The notes under the pieces are model-generated. The model saw nothing but the letters and a program-made list of their open reading frames with translations, did not search any database and was not told the DNA's origin. From assembly GCA_014905635.1 (NCBI GenBank), contig CM026548.1, positions 744,001 to 808,000 of the forward strand: a stretch of DNA of 64,000 nucleotides, given 5' to 3'. The DNA is from Scenedesmus sp. PABB004. Taxonomy: Eukaryota. Positions 13,190 to 24,200 of the stretch are shown one piece after another (positions within the stretch are counted from its first letter, which is position 1; each line of letters starts with the position of its first letter). The position numbers and the translations under genes were made by a program.

Positions 13190-16100
13190 ATGGCCGGCGG
13201 CGACGGCGGCGCGGCGCCCGCCGCCAACGGCGCGGCGGCGGCCCCCTACGACCTCTTCAGCGGCCTGCCCGTGCCGGGCGGCCTGAGCGAGCGGCTCTGG
13301 CGCGAGACGGCCGCTGAGGCCGCGGAGGCGCTGCAGCACCCGTTCGTGCTCGCGCTCGCGGCCGGCACGCTCGACCGGGCCTGCTTCCAGCACTACGTCT
13401 TGCAGGACACCTTCTTCCTCGCCCACTACGCCATGGCCTACGCCGCGGCGCTCGACAAGTGCAGCGGTGCGCGGCCGCGCCGCCGCGCGCCGACGCCGAC
13501 AACGCCGCCGCGCGCCGACGCCGACAACGCCGGCGCCGCCGACGCCGGCGCCGCCCGCGCGCGCGCGCGCGCGCGCGGCCGCAGGCGCGCCGCGCTACGC
13601 GCGCGCGCGCGCGGTGCTGGCGGAGCTGCTGCTGGGCATCGACATGGAGCTGCGCCTGCACGGCGCGTACGCGGCCAAGTGGGGCGTCGACGCGGGCGCG
13701 CGCATCACGCCCAGCGCCGCGACGGCGGCCTACACCGACTTTCTCATGGCCGTCGCGCACGACCCCGAGGCGGGCGGCGGCAGCGGGGCGGAGCGGCGGG
13801 CCGGGGAGCGGGCGGCTGGGCGGGGGGCGGCCGGGCGGCGGGGCGGAGCGGCCGGGGCGGCTGGCGGTCGCAAGGCGGGGAGCCGGCGCGGGGGCGCCGT
13901 GCCGCGGCGCGCCGGCCTCGCGCGCGCATCTCTGACCCTGCGCGCGGGCGGGCGCGCGCGGGCGCGCAGGCGAGCGTCGCGGAGGTGCTCGCGGCGATGG
14001 TCCCCTGCTCGCGCCTCTACGGCTTCCTCGGCTGCAGCCTCGCCGCCGCGACCGCGGGCCGGCCGCGGCACGCGTACAGCGAGTGGGTCGGGACCTACAG
14101 CAGCGCCGTGTACCTGGTGCGGGGCCCGCGGCGGGGCCGGCGGGCGCGCGGCGGGGGCGGCGGGGCCGGCGGGGCCGGCGGGCGCAGCCGTCGCCGGCCG
14201 GCCGGACGCGCCGCGCCGCGCCGTGCTGCGACACGACGGTTGCGCGCCGACGTTTTGAACGCGCCCGCCCGCCCGCCGCCCCACAGGCCAGCCCGGTGAT
14301 GAAGGAGGAGCTGTTCGACTCGATCGCCGACACCGCACCCTACGGTGCGTGTTGCTCAGCGGTTTAGCCTGCCGCGCGTGGCTTTGCGGGGCCGCTGGGG
14401 CTGCTGTGGAGCTGGAGGACACGGGGGAGCAACGGCAGTCTCCGGGCGGCCAGGCGGCGGCCAGGCTGCGGGCGGCGGCGCGCACGGCAGCGCAGCAGCG
14501 GCACCCGCGGCGGCAGCGGCAGCGGCGCGGCGATCGTAGCGCGTGCGGCAGCGCCGGTCGCACCATGCTGCGAGCGCCAGGAAGCGGGCTTCTGGGCGTG
14601 CTGCGGCCCGCGGGGGCCTGCCGGCTGGTCGGGGTGCCCGCCCGCACACCGCGGGGCGCCACCCCGGCCAGCCCCGCCGCGCTGGAGGCGCGCGCGGGCG
14701 TCGCGCAGCTGACGCGCAACGGTGACCGCCCGTCGCGCCTGGCAGCACGGCGCGTTGGTGGCCCTGCGGCGGCGCGCGACCCCGGGATCCCGCCGCCGCC
14801 GCCCGCCGCCGCAGAGCGGCTCAAGGCGCTCTACACGCGCGCCATGCAGCTGGAGGTCAACTTCTTCAGCGCCCAGCCCAACTCGCCGCACCCACGTGAG
14901 CCGCCGCCACGCGCGCGCCGCAGCGCCGCGCGCCGCGCACCGCGGCTGACGCGCATGTGGCGCGGCGCCGCAGGCCACATCGGGCTGCTGGTGTCGGACT
15001 TTGACGAGACACTGACGGCCAAGGACACCATCGGCGCCCTCCTGGGCGCCGCGGTGGAGGCGCAGGCGCGCGCCGCCGCCGGCGGCGCGGACGAGCGCGA
15101 GCGGCTGCGCGGCGACCTCGCGGCGCGCGTGAAGCAGCTCGCCGACGACTACGCGTCGCAGCAGCAGGCGCTGCTCGCGCGGCTGCTGCCCGCGCCGGCG
15201 CCCGTCGCCGGCCGCGACGCCGCCGCGGCGCCGGCCGCGCCGTACGACGGCGCCGGCCTGGCGGCGGTGTGCGAGGCGCTGAGTGACTTTGATGTGGCAA
15301 TGAACCAGGTGGTCATCGACGCCGGCGTGCTCAAGGGTGAGCGCCGGCGCCCCGCGCCCGCCGCCGCCGCCGCCGCCGCCCCGGCCGGGGGCCCGGCCGG
15401 CGCCCGGCCGACTGCGCACCGCCGCCGCCGCTGCCGTCCCGCGCAGGCCTGACGCGCGCCGACGCCGCCGCCGCGGCCGCGCCGATCGAGCTGCGCCCCG
15501 GCGCGGCGCACGTGCTCGCCGCCGCCGCGGCGGCAGGGCTGCGCACCGCGGTGCTGTCAGTCAATTGGAGCACGACGCTGGTGCAGGAGGTGCTGCGTGC
15601 GGGCGGCGCCGCGCCTGGCGGCGCCGCCGCGCCCGCCGCCGGCGGCGCGCCGGGGCAGCAGGCGCCCGATCTGCGCGCCAACGAGCTCGCCTGGGACGCC
15701 GACGGCGTGAGCAGCGGCAGCATTGAGTGCCGCGTGCAGTGCGCGCGGGACAAGGGCGCCGCGATGCGGGAGCTGCTGGCGGAGCACCGTGGCGGCGGCG
15801 CCGGCGCAGGCGCCGTGGTCTACGTCGGCGACTCCGCGTCCGACATCCCCGCGCTGCTCGAGGTGCGGCGGCGCCGGCGGCGCGGGGCTGCTGACCGGCT
15901 GCAGCTCGGCCGCCCGCCGCCGCGCCAGCGTCTCGGGCCCTGACCAGCCTCTGCCGCGCGCGCCGCGCGCTGCGCTCCGCGTGCTCGCCACCAGGCTGAC
16001 TATGGCATCGTCATCGGGGCCAACGCGCTCCTGCGCCGCGTGCTCGCGGCGTTTGGCGTGCCGCTCCGGCCCCTCGCCGCCGCGCCGCTCGAGCCGCCGG

Positions 16101-18631
16101 CGGCGGGCGGCGAGCGCCGCGGGGCGCCGTCGCTGTACGAGGCGGCCAGCTGGGAGGAGGTCGGCGCGTTTGTGTTTGGCCCCACGCACTACGTCACGAG
16201 CGGGCCCGTGGAGGGCGCGGCGAGCCGCAGCGGCGGCGGCGCCGCGTCGTCGCCCGGCGGCGCGGCGCGCGGCTTTGCCAGCATGGTCCATGTCCCCACC
16301 GCGGCGGGCGCGGGCGCGCTCGCAGCGGAGGCGGTCAACGCTGCCGCGGCCGCGTCGGGCGCGGGCGCGTGCGGCGGCGTCGGCGGGTTGCCGCCGCTCG
16401 TGCTGACGATCGCCGGGTCCGACTCGGGCGGCGGCGCCGGCATCCAGGCGGACCTCAAGGTGCGGCGGCGGATGATTGGCTCCTCGCGTGCGCGCGCGCG
16501 TGGGAGCCCCTCCGCGCCACGTCCCCCGCCCTCGGCGCCCCCGTCGCGGCCAGCCCGCCCGCCGCCCGCGTTCCGCCTGGCCACACGGGCGCGCCAACCA
16601 CGCCGGGCGCTGCGTGCCGCCGCGCGCACACCGCCGCAGACGATCATGGCCAACGGCGGCTTTGGCATGTCGGCGCTGACCGCGGTCACGGCGCAGAACT
16701 CGCGCGGCGTGCAGGCCGTGCACGCGCTGCCGCTGCCGCTGCTCGAGGCGCAGCTCGACAGCGTGCTCTCCGACCTCCGCCCCGCCGCGGTCAAGACCGG
16801 CATGTTGCCCGACGCGGCCGCGGTCGCGGCGGTCGCGCGCAAGCTGCGCGAGCACGGCGCGGCGCCGCGGCGCGGCGCGGGCGACGGCGCGTCGTGGCGC
16901 GCGCTGCCGCTGGTGGTCGACCCCGTGATGATCAGCACGAGCGGCCACGCCCTCGCCGGCGGCGGCGTCGCGGGCGCGCTCGTGGAGCACCTCTTCCCCC
17001 TCGCCGCGGTCGTCACGCCCAACCTGGCCGAGGCGGCGCAGCTGCTCGGTGCGCGCGGGCGGCGCCGCGCGGGGGCGCGCGCGCGGCGCTCGCGCGCGGC
17101 CGCCGCGCGGGGAGGCGCCCCGCCCGAGCCCCTCCGCGCGCCGCTGCCGCTGCCGCGCGCAGGCGCCGAGCGGCCGCTGACCTCGGTCGCCGACATGCGC
17201 GCCGCCGCGGCCGCGCTGCACAAGCTCGGCGCCGCCGCGGTGCTCGTCAAGGGCGGGCACCTGCTGCCCCAGGGCGGCGCGCCGGGCGCGGGCGGCGCGG
17301 CCGGCGACGAGGCGGGGCTGGAGGCGGTGGACGTGCTGTTTGACGGCCGGCGCTACTACTGCTTCTCTGCGCCCTACGTGCCCACGTCCAACACGCACGG
17401 CACGGGCTGCACGCTCGCCGCGGCGATTGCGACGGGGCTCGCGCGCGGCCTCGGCCCCGTCGACGCCGTCGCGGGCGCCAAGGCCTACCTCACCCACGCG
17501 CTCGCCGGCAGCGCGGGCCTCGCGCTCGGCGCCGGCCCGCAGCGCCCGTTCCACCACGGCGCGGGCTTCGCGCGCCGCGCTGAGCCGGCGCCGCGCGCCG
17601 CGGCGCTCGCCGGCCCGCGGCGGCCCAACGGCGCCGACCTGCGCGCGTATGTGGTGACCGACCCGGCCTGCAACGCGCGCGCGGGGCGGACGCTGCTCGA
17701 CGCCGTCGCCGCGGCGGTCGCGGGCGGCGCGACGGTGGTGCAGCTGCGGGAGAAGGAAATTGACGGCGGCGACTTTGTCGAGGCGGCGCGCGCGGCCATC
17801 AAGGTGCGCGCGTCGCCGCGCGTCGCGTCGCCGCGCGGCGCGTCGCCGCGCGTCGCCGCCTCTGCAGCGCGGCCGCGGTGCCCCGGCCTTGCCGCCGGCG
17901 CGCGCCGACAGCCGCGCACGCTGCCCGCCGACGGGCTGCACACGCTGCCCGCCGACGGCTCGCGCCGCGCCGCCGCGCCGCGCCGCCGCGCGCTGCAGCT
18001 GTGCCGCCCCGCGGGCGTGCCGGTGGTCATCAACGACCGCGTGGACGTCGCGCTCGCGGCGGGCGCGGACGGCGTGCACGTCGGCCAATCCGACATCCCC
18101 GCGCGCCTCGTGCGGTCGATGCTCGGCCCCGGCGCGCTGCTCGGCGTGAGCGTCAAGACGCCCGCAGAGGCGGCCAAGGCGGCCGCCGACGGCGCGGACT
18201 ACGTCGGCGTCGGCGCCGTCTTCCCGACCGGCACCAAGGCGAGCGAGGTGGTCGGGCTCGCCGGCCTCGAGGAGGTCTGCAGGTGCGGCGCCGCGCGCCG
18301 CACGGCGCGGCGTGCAGGCGCCGCGCGCGCCCGCGCCCCCGCCGCGGGTGGCCCCGCCGTCCGGCGCTGAGGGGCAGCCCGCCCCCTGCGCGCGTCGTGC
18401 GGCCGCAGGCTGTCCAGCCTGCCCGCGGTGGCGATCGGCGGCGTCAACGCGGCCAACGCGGCCGAGGTGATCGCCGCCGGCGCCAAGGGCCTCGCCGTGG
18501 TCTCGGCGGTCTTTGCGGCGCCCGACGTCGAGGCGGCGACGCGCGAGCTGCGCGCCGCGGTCGACGCCGCGCTCGAGACGCAGGCGGAGGCGGGCGCGCC
18601 GGAGCGCGAGGCCGCGGCGGCGGTGGCGTGA
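13190..18631 (+). CDS. TH2/TH1: four-domain thiamine biosynthesis/salvage protein: TenA + HAD phosphatase (TH2-like) + HMP(-P) kinase ThiD + thiamine-phosphate synthase ThiE (TH1-like)
   Basis: Ten[99 protein letters not shown]. Thi[61 protein letters not shown]. Thi[45 protein letters not shown]. Confidence 0.9.
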
Positions 18632-18966
18632 GGGCAGCGGTGCAGCTGCAGCGTGGTAGGGGGGCCGGCAGCGGCGCCCGCCGCGCGGGTGTGCGCCGCG
18701 CGCGGGGCTGCGGGCGGCGCTGGGGCGCGCGTGCACTGCCGGGGGCATTCTTCTTGGCGCCGCACGCGGCGCAACCATGGTTCGCGGGTTCGGGGGGTCA
18801 CAGGCGCGCGCGCGCGTGCAACGCCACAGACCTCTCGGCATGCGCCGTTCGCTCGCTCTCCTTCGCTCACACGCGCGCTCGCTCACTCCGCTCCGCCGCC
18901 GACCTGGCTGGGCCGGCCGCCGCGCGGCCGCCGCTGGCTGCCCCCCCCCCCCCCCCCCCGCACGGC

Positions 18967-20881
18967 TCACGCCCAGAGGTCGAAGCTCGCGAGCTGCACG
19001 AGCACCTCGTTGCGTCGGAAGCGCGGCTTGACGCTGGGGTCGTTGTAGCGCGCGAGCGACCAGAGCCCCGGGTCGACCGGGCGCAGCCCCGCGGCCTCGA
19101 GGTCGGCCAGCAGCGCGGCCGCCGCCTTGGCCGCGGCGCGCGGCGTCGCGACGCCGCCGAAGACCGCCGCCGCCCAGAGCCCGCCGGGCGCGGCCGCGAG
19201 CTGCACCGCGGGGTCGAGCGGCGCCGGCAGCGCCGCCGGCGGCGCCTGCGGGCGGCCGGCGCAGAGAGAGCGCCGCGTTGGCCATGGGGCTGGCACGCCC
19301 TCCCCTGCCCCCGCGCGCGCGCCGGGCCGGCACCGCCCGCCGCACCTGCGGCGCCGCGTCGACGACGAACGCCATGTTGCCGGCCGTGTCGGACAGCACC
19401 GGCGTCGTCATCGCCATCTTGGCGCCGGCCGCGTTCTTCCCAAACAGGTACCCCGCGAGCGCATTGAACGCGCGCATCCCGGCGCTCGCGGGGTTGACGC
19501 GCCGCGCCCCCGCGCCGCTGCCGGCCCCCTCCGCGGCGCCGCCGGGCTCGTCCGGCGGCGCCGGCGCGCCGAGGTTGTCCAGCGGCGTCGCGGCGATGAC
19601 GAAGGGCTCGTAGCGCCGCACCTCAAACGACGGCGCGCGCCTGTGTGCCCCGCGGCGCGGCGCGGCGCGGCGGCGGGCAGGTGGCGTGGCGGGCGGGCGC
19701 AGCGGCAGGCGGCCGCCGCCGGCGCCGCGCGCGGGCGCGGGCGTGGGCCTGCGCGGGCGCGCGCACCGCAGCAGCGTGTAGCGCGGCCCCGCGAGCGGCG
19801 GCGTGCGCCGCGTCGCGAGCAGCTGGCGGAAAAAGTCGGCAAAGGCCTCGGTGCTGAAGAAGTCCTGGTTGGCGATGGAGTCCCAGGTGTCTATGTGCCG
19901 GTTGATGCGCCGCGTGGCGGGGTTGAACCCATAGGTCGAGGTGCCTGCCGGGACGCGCGACCGCGTGTCGCGGCGCGGCGCGGCGCGGCGCGGCGGGGGG
20001 TCAAGCGGTCGAGCGGCGCACGCGAGCGCAGGCAGGCGGGTGGGCGGCGGCGGCGCGCGCAATCTCACCGGTGAAGGTGATGACGGGGTCCCACCAGCGC
20101 GACAGCCCCAGCGCCGCGGCGGGCGTGAACTGCGCGGCGGGCGCGGCGGGCGCGGCGGGCGCGGCTGGCGGGTGCGCGCAGCGCGCCCCGGCGCCCCCGG
20201 CAAGCTGCTGCGACAGACAGACAGCCCGCTCCCCACCTTCATGGTCATCGTCCACCGCGTCGTCGCCTCGGCCGGCCCCGTCTGCCGGATGTCGTGCAGC
20301 TCAAACACGGGCGAGAACACTGCGGCGGCGGCGGCACGGCGCAGTTCAGCTCGGCTCGGCTCGGCTCGGCTCGCTGCGGCTGAGCTCAGCCCCGCCCGGC
20401 TCGGCGTCGCTCACCCGACTTGAGCATGCGGATGTTGAACATGTAGCCCTGCGCGGGCGGCCGCGCGCGGCACGTCGGCGCCGCGCGGGCGCCGCGCCGC
20501 CGCCGCCCCCGCTGCCGCGAGGAGTGCTCGGCGCCGTGCCGAGCTGCCGAGCTGAGCTGCCGGGCCGGGCCGCACCTGCACGCTGTCGTACTTGGTGATG
20601 GGGTCCAGGAAGGTCACCACGTCCTCGTACTGGCTCGCGTCCACGCCCTGGTCGTCAAACAGGTGCGCCAGGTCCTCCCGCAGGAAGGCCATGCGCTCCG
20701 CCATGTCCAGGCCGGCGCCGGGCGCGGCGCCGGGCGCGGCGGCGGGCGCAGGCTCCTGCGCCGCCGCTGCCGCGGTGGCGCCGCGGCGCCGTGCAGCTGC
20801 TGGCCGCGCGGCGCCGGGTGCGCCGCGGCTGTTCACTGGCGCGCTGCGCGCCAGGCAGCTGCGCGGGCGGTGGAGCAGCAT
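18967..20881 (-). CDS. SOUL heme-binding protein with N-terminal SnoaL/DUF2358-like domain, probably plastid-targeted
   Basis: FLREDLAHLFDDQGVD..Y..VTFLDPITKY, FTGTSTYGFNP..HIDTWDSI, FEVRRY, AFNALAGYLFGKN..KMAMTTPV, LARYNDP..RRNEVLV. The N-terminus is Arg/Ala-rich and transit-peptide-like. Confidence 0.9.
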
Positions 20882-21218
20882 GGCGGCGCCGCGTCTGGCT
20901 CGCGCGTGGTGGTGGCGCGGCAGCGGCGGCAGCAGCGGCGGCAGCAGCAGCGGCAGCGACTGGTGGCGGACGGCAGGCGAGCGCGGCGGCGGTCAGACTG
21001 GACTGCGGTGAGCCTCGGTTGGGCGGGAATGAGCGGGGATGCGGCTGTGCCCGGCGCTGAGCTCGTCACAAGCGAGGTTCTCGCTCGCGGGCCGGCCCGG
21101 GTGCTCGGTCTGCCCTCCCAACTCGTCCCTCACACCCCTGCCCACGCCCCCAACACGCGGGAGGCAGCTGCGAAACGCTGCTGGGCATGGCGTGAGCAGC
21201 AGCAGCAGCAGGTGAAGA

Positions 21219-24200
21219 ATGGAGTACGGCGAGCTCGACCAGGGCTACGCCTACGCCGAGGCGGGCGAGCTGGGGGAGGAGGGCGAGGACGTGGAGCCTT
21301 ACTACGAGTTTGGCGAGCTGCTGGCGGCGCCGCTGGACCCGCACTTCCAGGAGGCGGTGCGCGCCGCTGCTGCCGCGCGCCCGCCGCGCTGGCGGGCCCG
21401 TGCCGACCGCGCCGCGCCGCCGCAGATCACGGTGCTGCAGTTTGACCAGCAGTATGAGGCGCTGTGGGCGGGTGCGCGGCGGCGCCGCGGGGAACCAACG
21501 GCCGCCCGCGACAGCAGCGGGCGCGCAGCAGCAACCGCTGGCGGTTGGCGGCCGCGCCGCCGCCGCCGCCCGGCCGCGCGGGACCGTGCACGGCCGCCGC
21601 CGCCGCCGCCGCTCCTGCCGCAGGCACCGAGTCGGGCATGCTCTACACGCTGCAGTGCCCGCTGCTCACGCGGTGCGGCGCGGCGCGCGGCGCGCGGCCC
21701 AGCGCCGCAGCGGCGCCCGGCGCAGCGCGAGCGCGCCGCCCGCGCCGCCGCGGCGCAGGTACGCGAGCTGGCAGGCGCACGAGGGGCCCGTGCTGGACCT
21801 GCAGCTGCTGGGCGACTGCGCCATCAGCGTCAGCGCCGCGCGCGCGGCGCTCACGACGAGCGGCGGCCACACGCGCGCCGCGGCGGTGCTCGGCGAGGTG
21901 CGCGCCGCGCCGCGCCGCGCCGCACGGCGCCGCGCCGCACCGTGCAGCAGCCTGCCAGCGGCGGGCGGGCAGGCCCGGCGGCGGGGCAGGCGCGCCCAGC
22001 GGCCGCGCCGCCGCAGGAGGGCGAGTCGTGGATGAGCGCGGTGGTCGAGCCGGGCACGGGCAGCAGCCGGCTGCTGATCGCTGGCGCGAGTGGACACATA
22101 TATGTGCACGACCTCCTGACCAGCAAGGTCACCAAGCAGGTGCGCTGTGTGTGCGCGCAGCCAGGGCGCGCCACCGGCGGTGGCGTTCACCTCTGTGTGG
22201 GCGCCGCCGCCGCACCGCGGGCGGCGGCCGCGCGCGGCGCGCCGGCAGCGCGTTGGCGGGAGGTCGCGCTGGGGCGGGCGGGTGGGTGGGCGAGGCTGAC
22301 GCCGCGCGCCGCCGGCCGCCGCGCGCCGTGTGCAGCCGACCGCCACCGCGAGCGACGGCCTGGCGCTGCTGCGGGGGCCGGTGGGGCGCCGCGGCGCGGT
22401 CGCGGCGGGCACGGCGGGCGGGCGCGTGCTGCTGGTCGACGCGCGCGCCGGCTGGCAGGTGCGGGGGCGGCCAGGGGCGCCGCTCGCGGCAGCGGCAGCG
22501 GCGGCGGCGGTGGCGGCAGCGGCAGCAGCGGCCCGCGCGCTCGTCCGACGCTCCGCCGTCGCACGCTCTGCTGTCACGCGCTCTGCTGTCACGCGCTCTG
22601 CCGCCGCGCCGCGCCCTGCCGCCAGCCGTCGTCGTCCACACTCGCGCACGCCGGCGGCCTGAGCGCGCTGGAGGTGCAGGGCGACCTGCTGGCGACGGCG
22701 GGCTTCAGCCGGCGCATGGGCCAGGCGATGGCGGAAAACTGTGTGAAAGTCTTTGACGCCAGGCGCGGGAGGGAGGGAGGGAGGGAGGGAGGGAGGGAGG
22801 GAGGGAGGGAGGGAGGGAGGGAGGGAGGGAGGGAGCGGCGGAGGGAGGGAGGGAGGGAGGAAGGAAGGGGCGCGGCGGCGGCGGCAGCGTGCGAGCGGCG
22901 GCAGCGTGCGAGGCCGACTGCCGCCCCGTCGCCGCGCGCGCCGCGCCGCAGGTCGGTGCTGCGGCCGCTGTTCACGATGCCCTGCGCCGCGCCGTGCGTG
23001 GTCGCGTGGCACCCCAACAACAGCATGACCCTGCTGGCCGCCGCGCCGACGGGCCTCTTCGTCCTGGCCGACCCCTCCAACCCCACGGCGGTGGAGACCT
23101 ACCAGGCGCGCGCGGCGCGGCGCACGCCCCCGCGGCCGCGCTGCGCACGCGGCACGCGTGCGCGCGCGGACCGCGTGCGCGCTGCGGAGGGCTGACGCGC
23201 GCGCCGGCTCGCCGCCCGGCTCCGCGCAGGTCGACACCGGCGGCGACGGCCTGCGCTGCGGCGCGATCAGCCCCAGTGGCGAGGCCGTGGCGTTTGGCGG
23301 CAGCGGCGGCTACGCGCATCTGTGGGCGGCCAGCGCGACGCCGCGCACGACGCCGCGCGGCCACGCCGCGGCGCACCTGGTGCACCCGCCGCGCAAGGTG
23401 AGCCAGCGGCGCGCGCGCACGCGCGCGCGCGCGCCCAGCCCACGCCCGCACGCACCCTCCCCTCACACCCCCGCCGACCCGCACCCCGGCCGCGCGCCCC
23501 AGGAGCCCGGCGCGCGCGCGCCCGGCCGCGCGTATGTGTCCGAGGGCGGGCCGCTGAGCGCGCTGCCGTCGCCGCACGACCACCTGCTCGCCGACGCGGC
23601 CGCGGCGGGCGCGACGAGCGCGGTCGCCGCCGCCGCCGCGGTCGCGGGCGTGCGGCTGCTGTCAGACGTCCCAGACATCACCGCCATTGCCGTCGGCCGC
23701 CCGCCGCGCGTCGTCGACGCGGCGCTCAAAAAGGACATGCACCAGGCGCGCCGCCGCCGCGCCGCACAGCGCCGCCGCGCTCGTCGCGCGCGGGCCGGCC
23801 CGCCGCGGCCGGCCGGCGCCGCGGGACGTCTGATGGCGTGCCCGTCGCGCGGGGCGCGACCTCGGCGCGCGCGGCCTGCCTCCAACGACACTGCACACCC
23901 CCCGTGTCGCAGGTGGACTTCATCGGCTACATCCCAAACCCCCACTTCAGTCGCAGCAAGGCCCCCGGCGCGGCGCGCGCCGCCGCGGCGCCGCTGCAGC
24001 ACAAGCGCGTCCCGCTCGCGGAGGACCGCAGCGGCGCTGAGGCGGCACGCGCGGCGCGCGTGCAGGTGCGCGCCGCCGGCCCCCCGCGCGCTCGCCGTCG
24101 CCGTCCGGCCCGCGCCCCGCGTGCCGCTCACGCCGCTCACACCGCGCGCGCCGCGCGCGCCGCCGCGCGCGCCGCCCGCCCGCAGAGCCGGCTCGCGCGC

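Noticed and set aside
15557..20320. 1587-aa minus-strand ORF, and similar long ORFs such as 60520-63990
   Set aside because: Arg/Ala/Gly/Pro-rich antisense or intron-read-through frames caused by stop-codon scarcity at high GC. Only small parts coincide with real exons.
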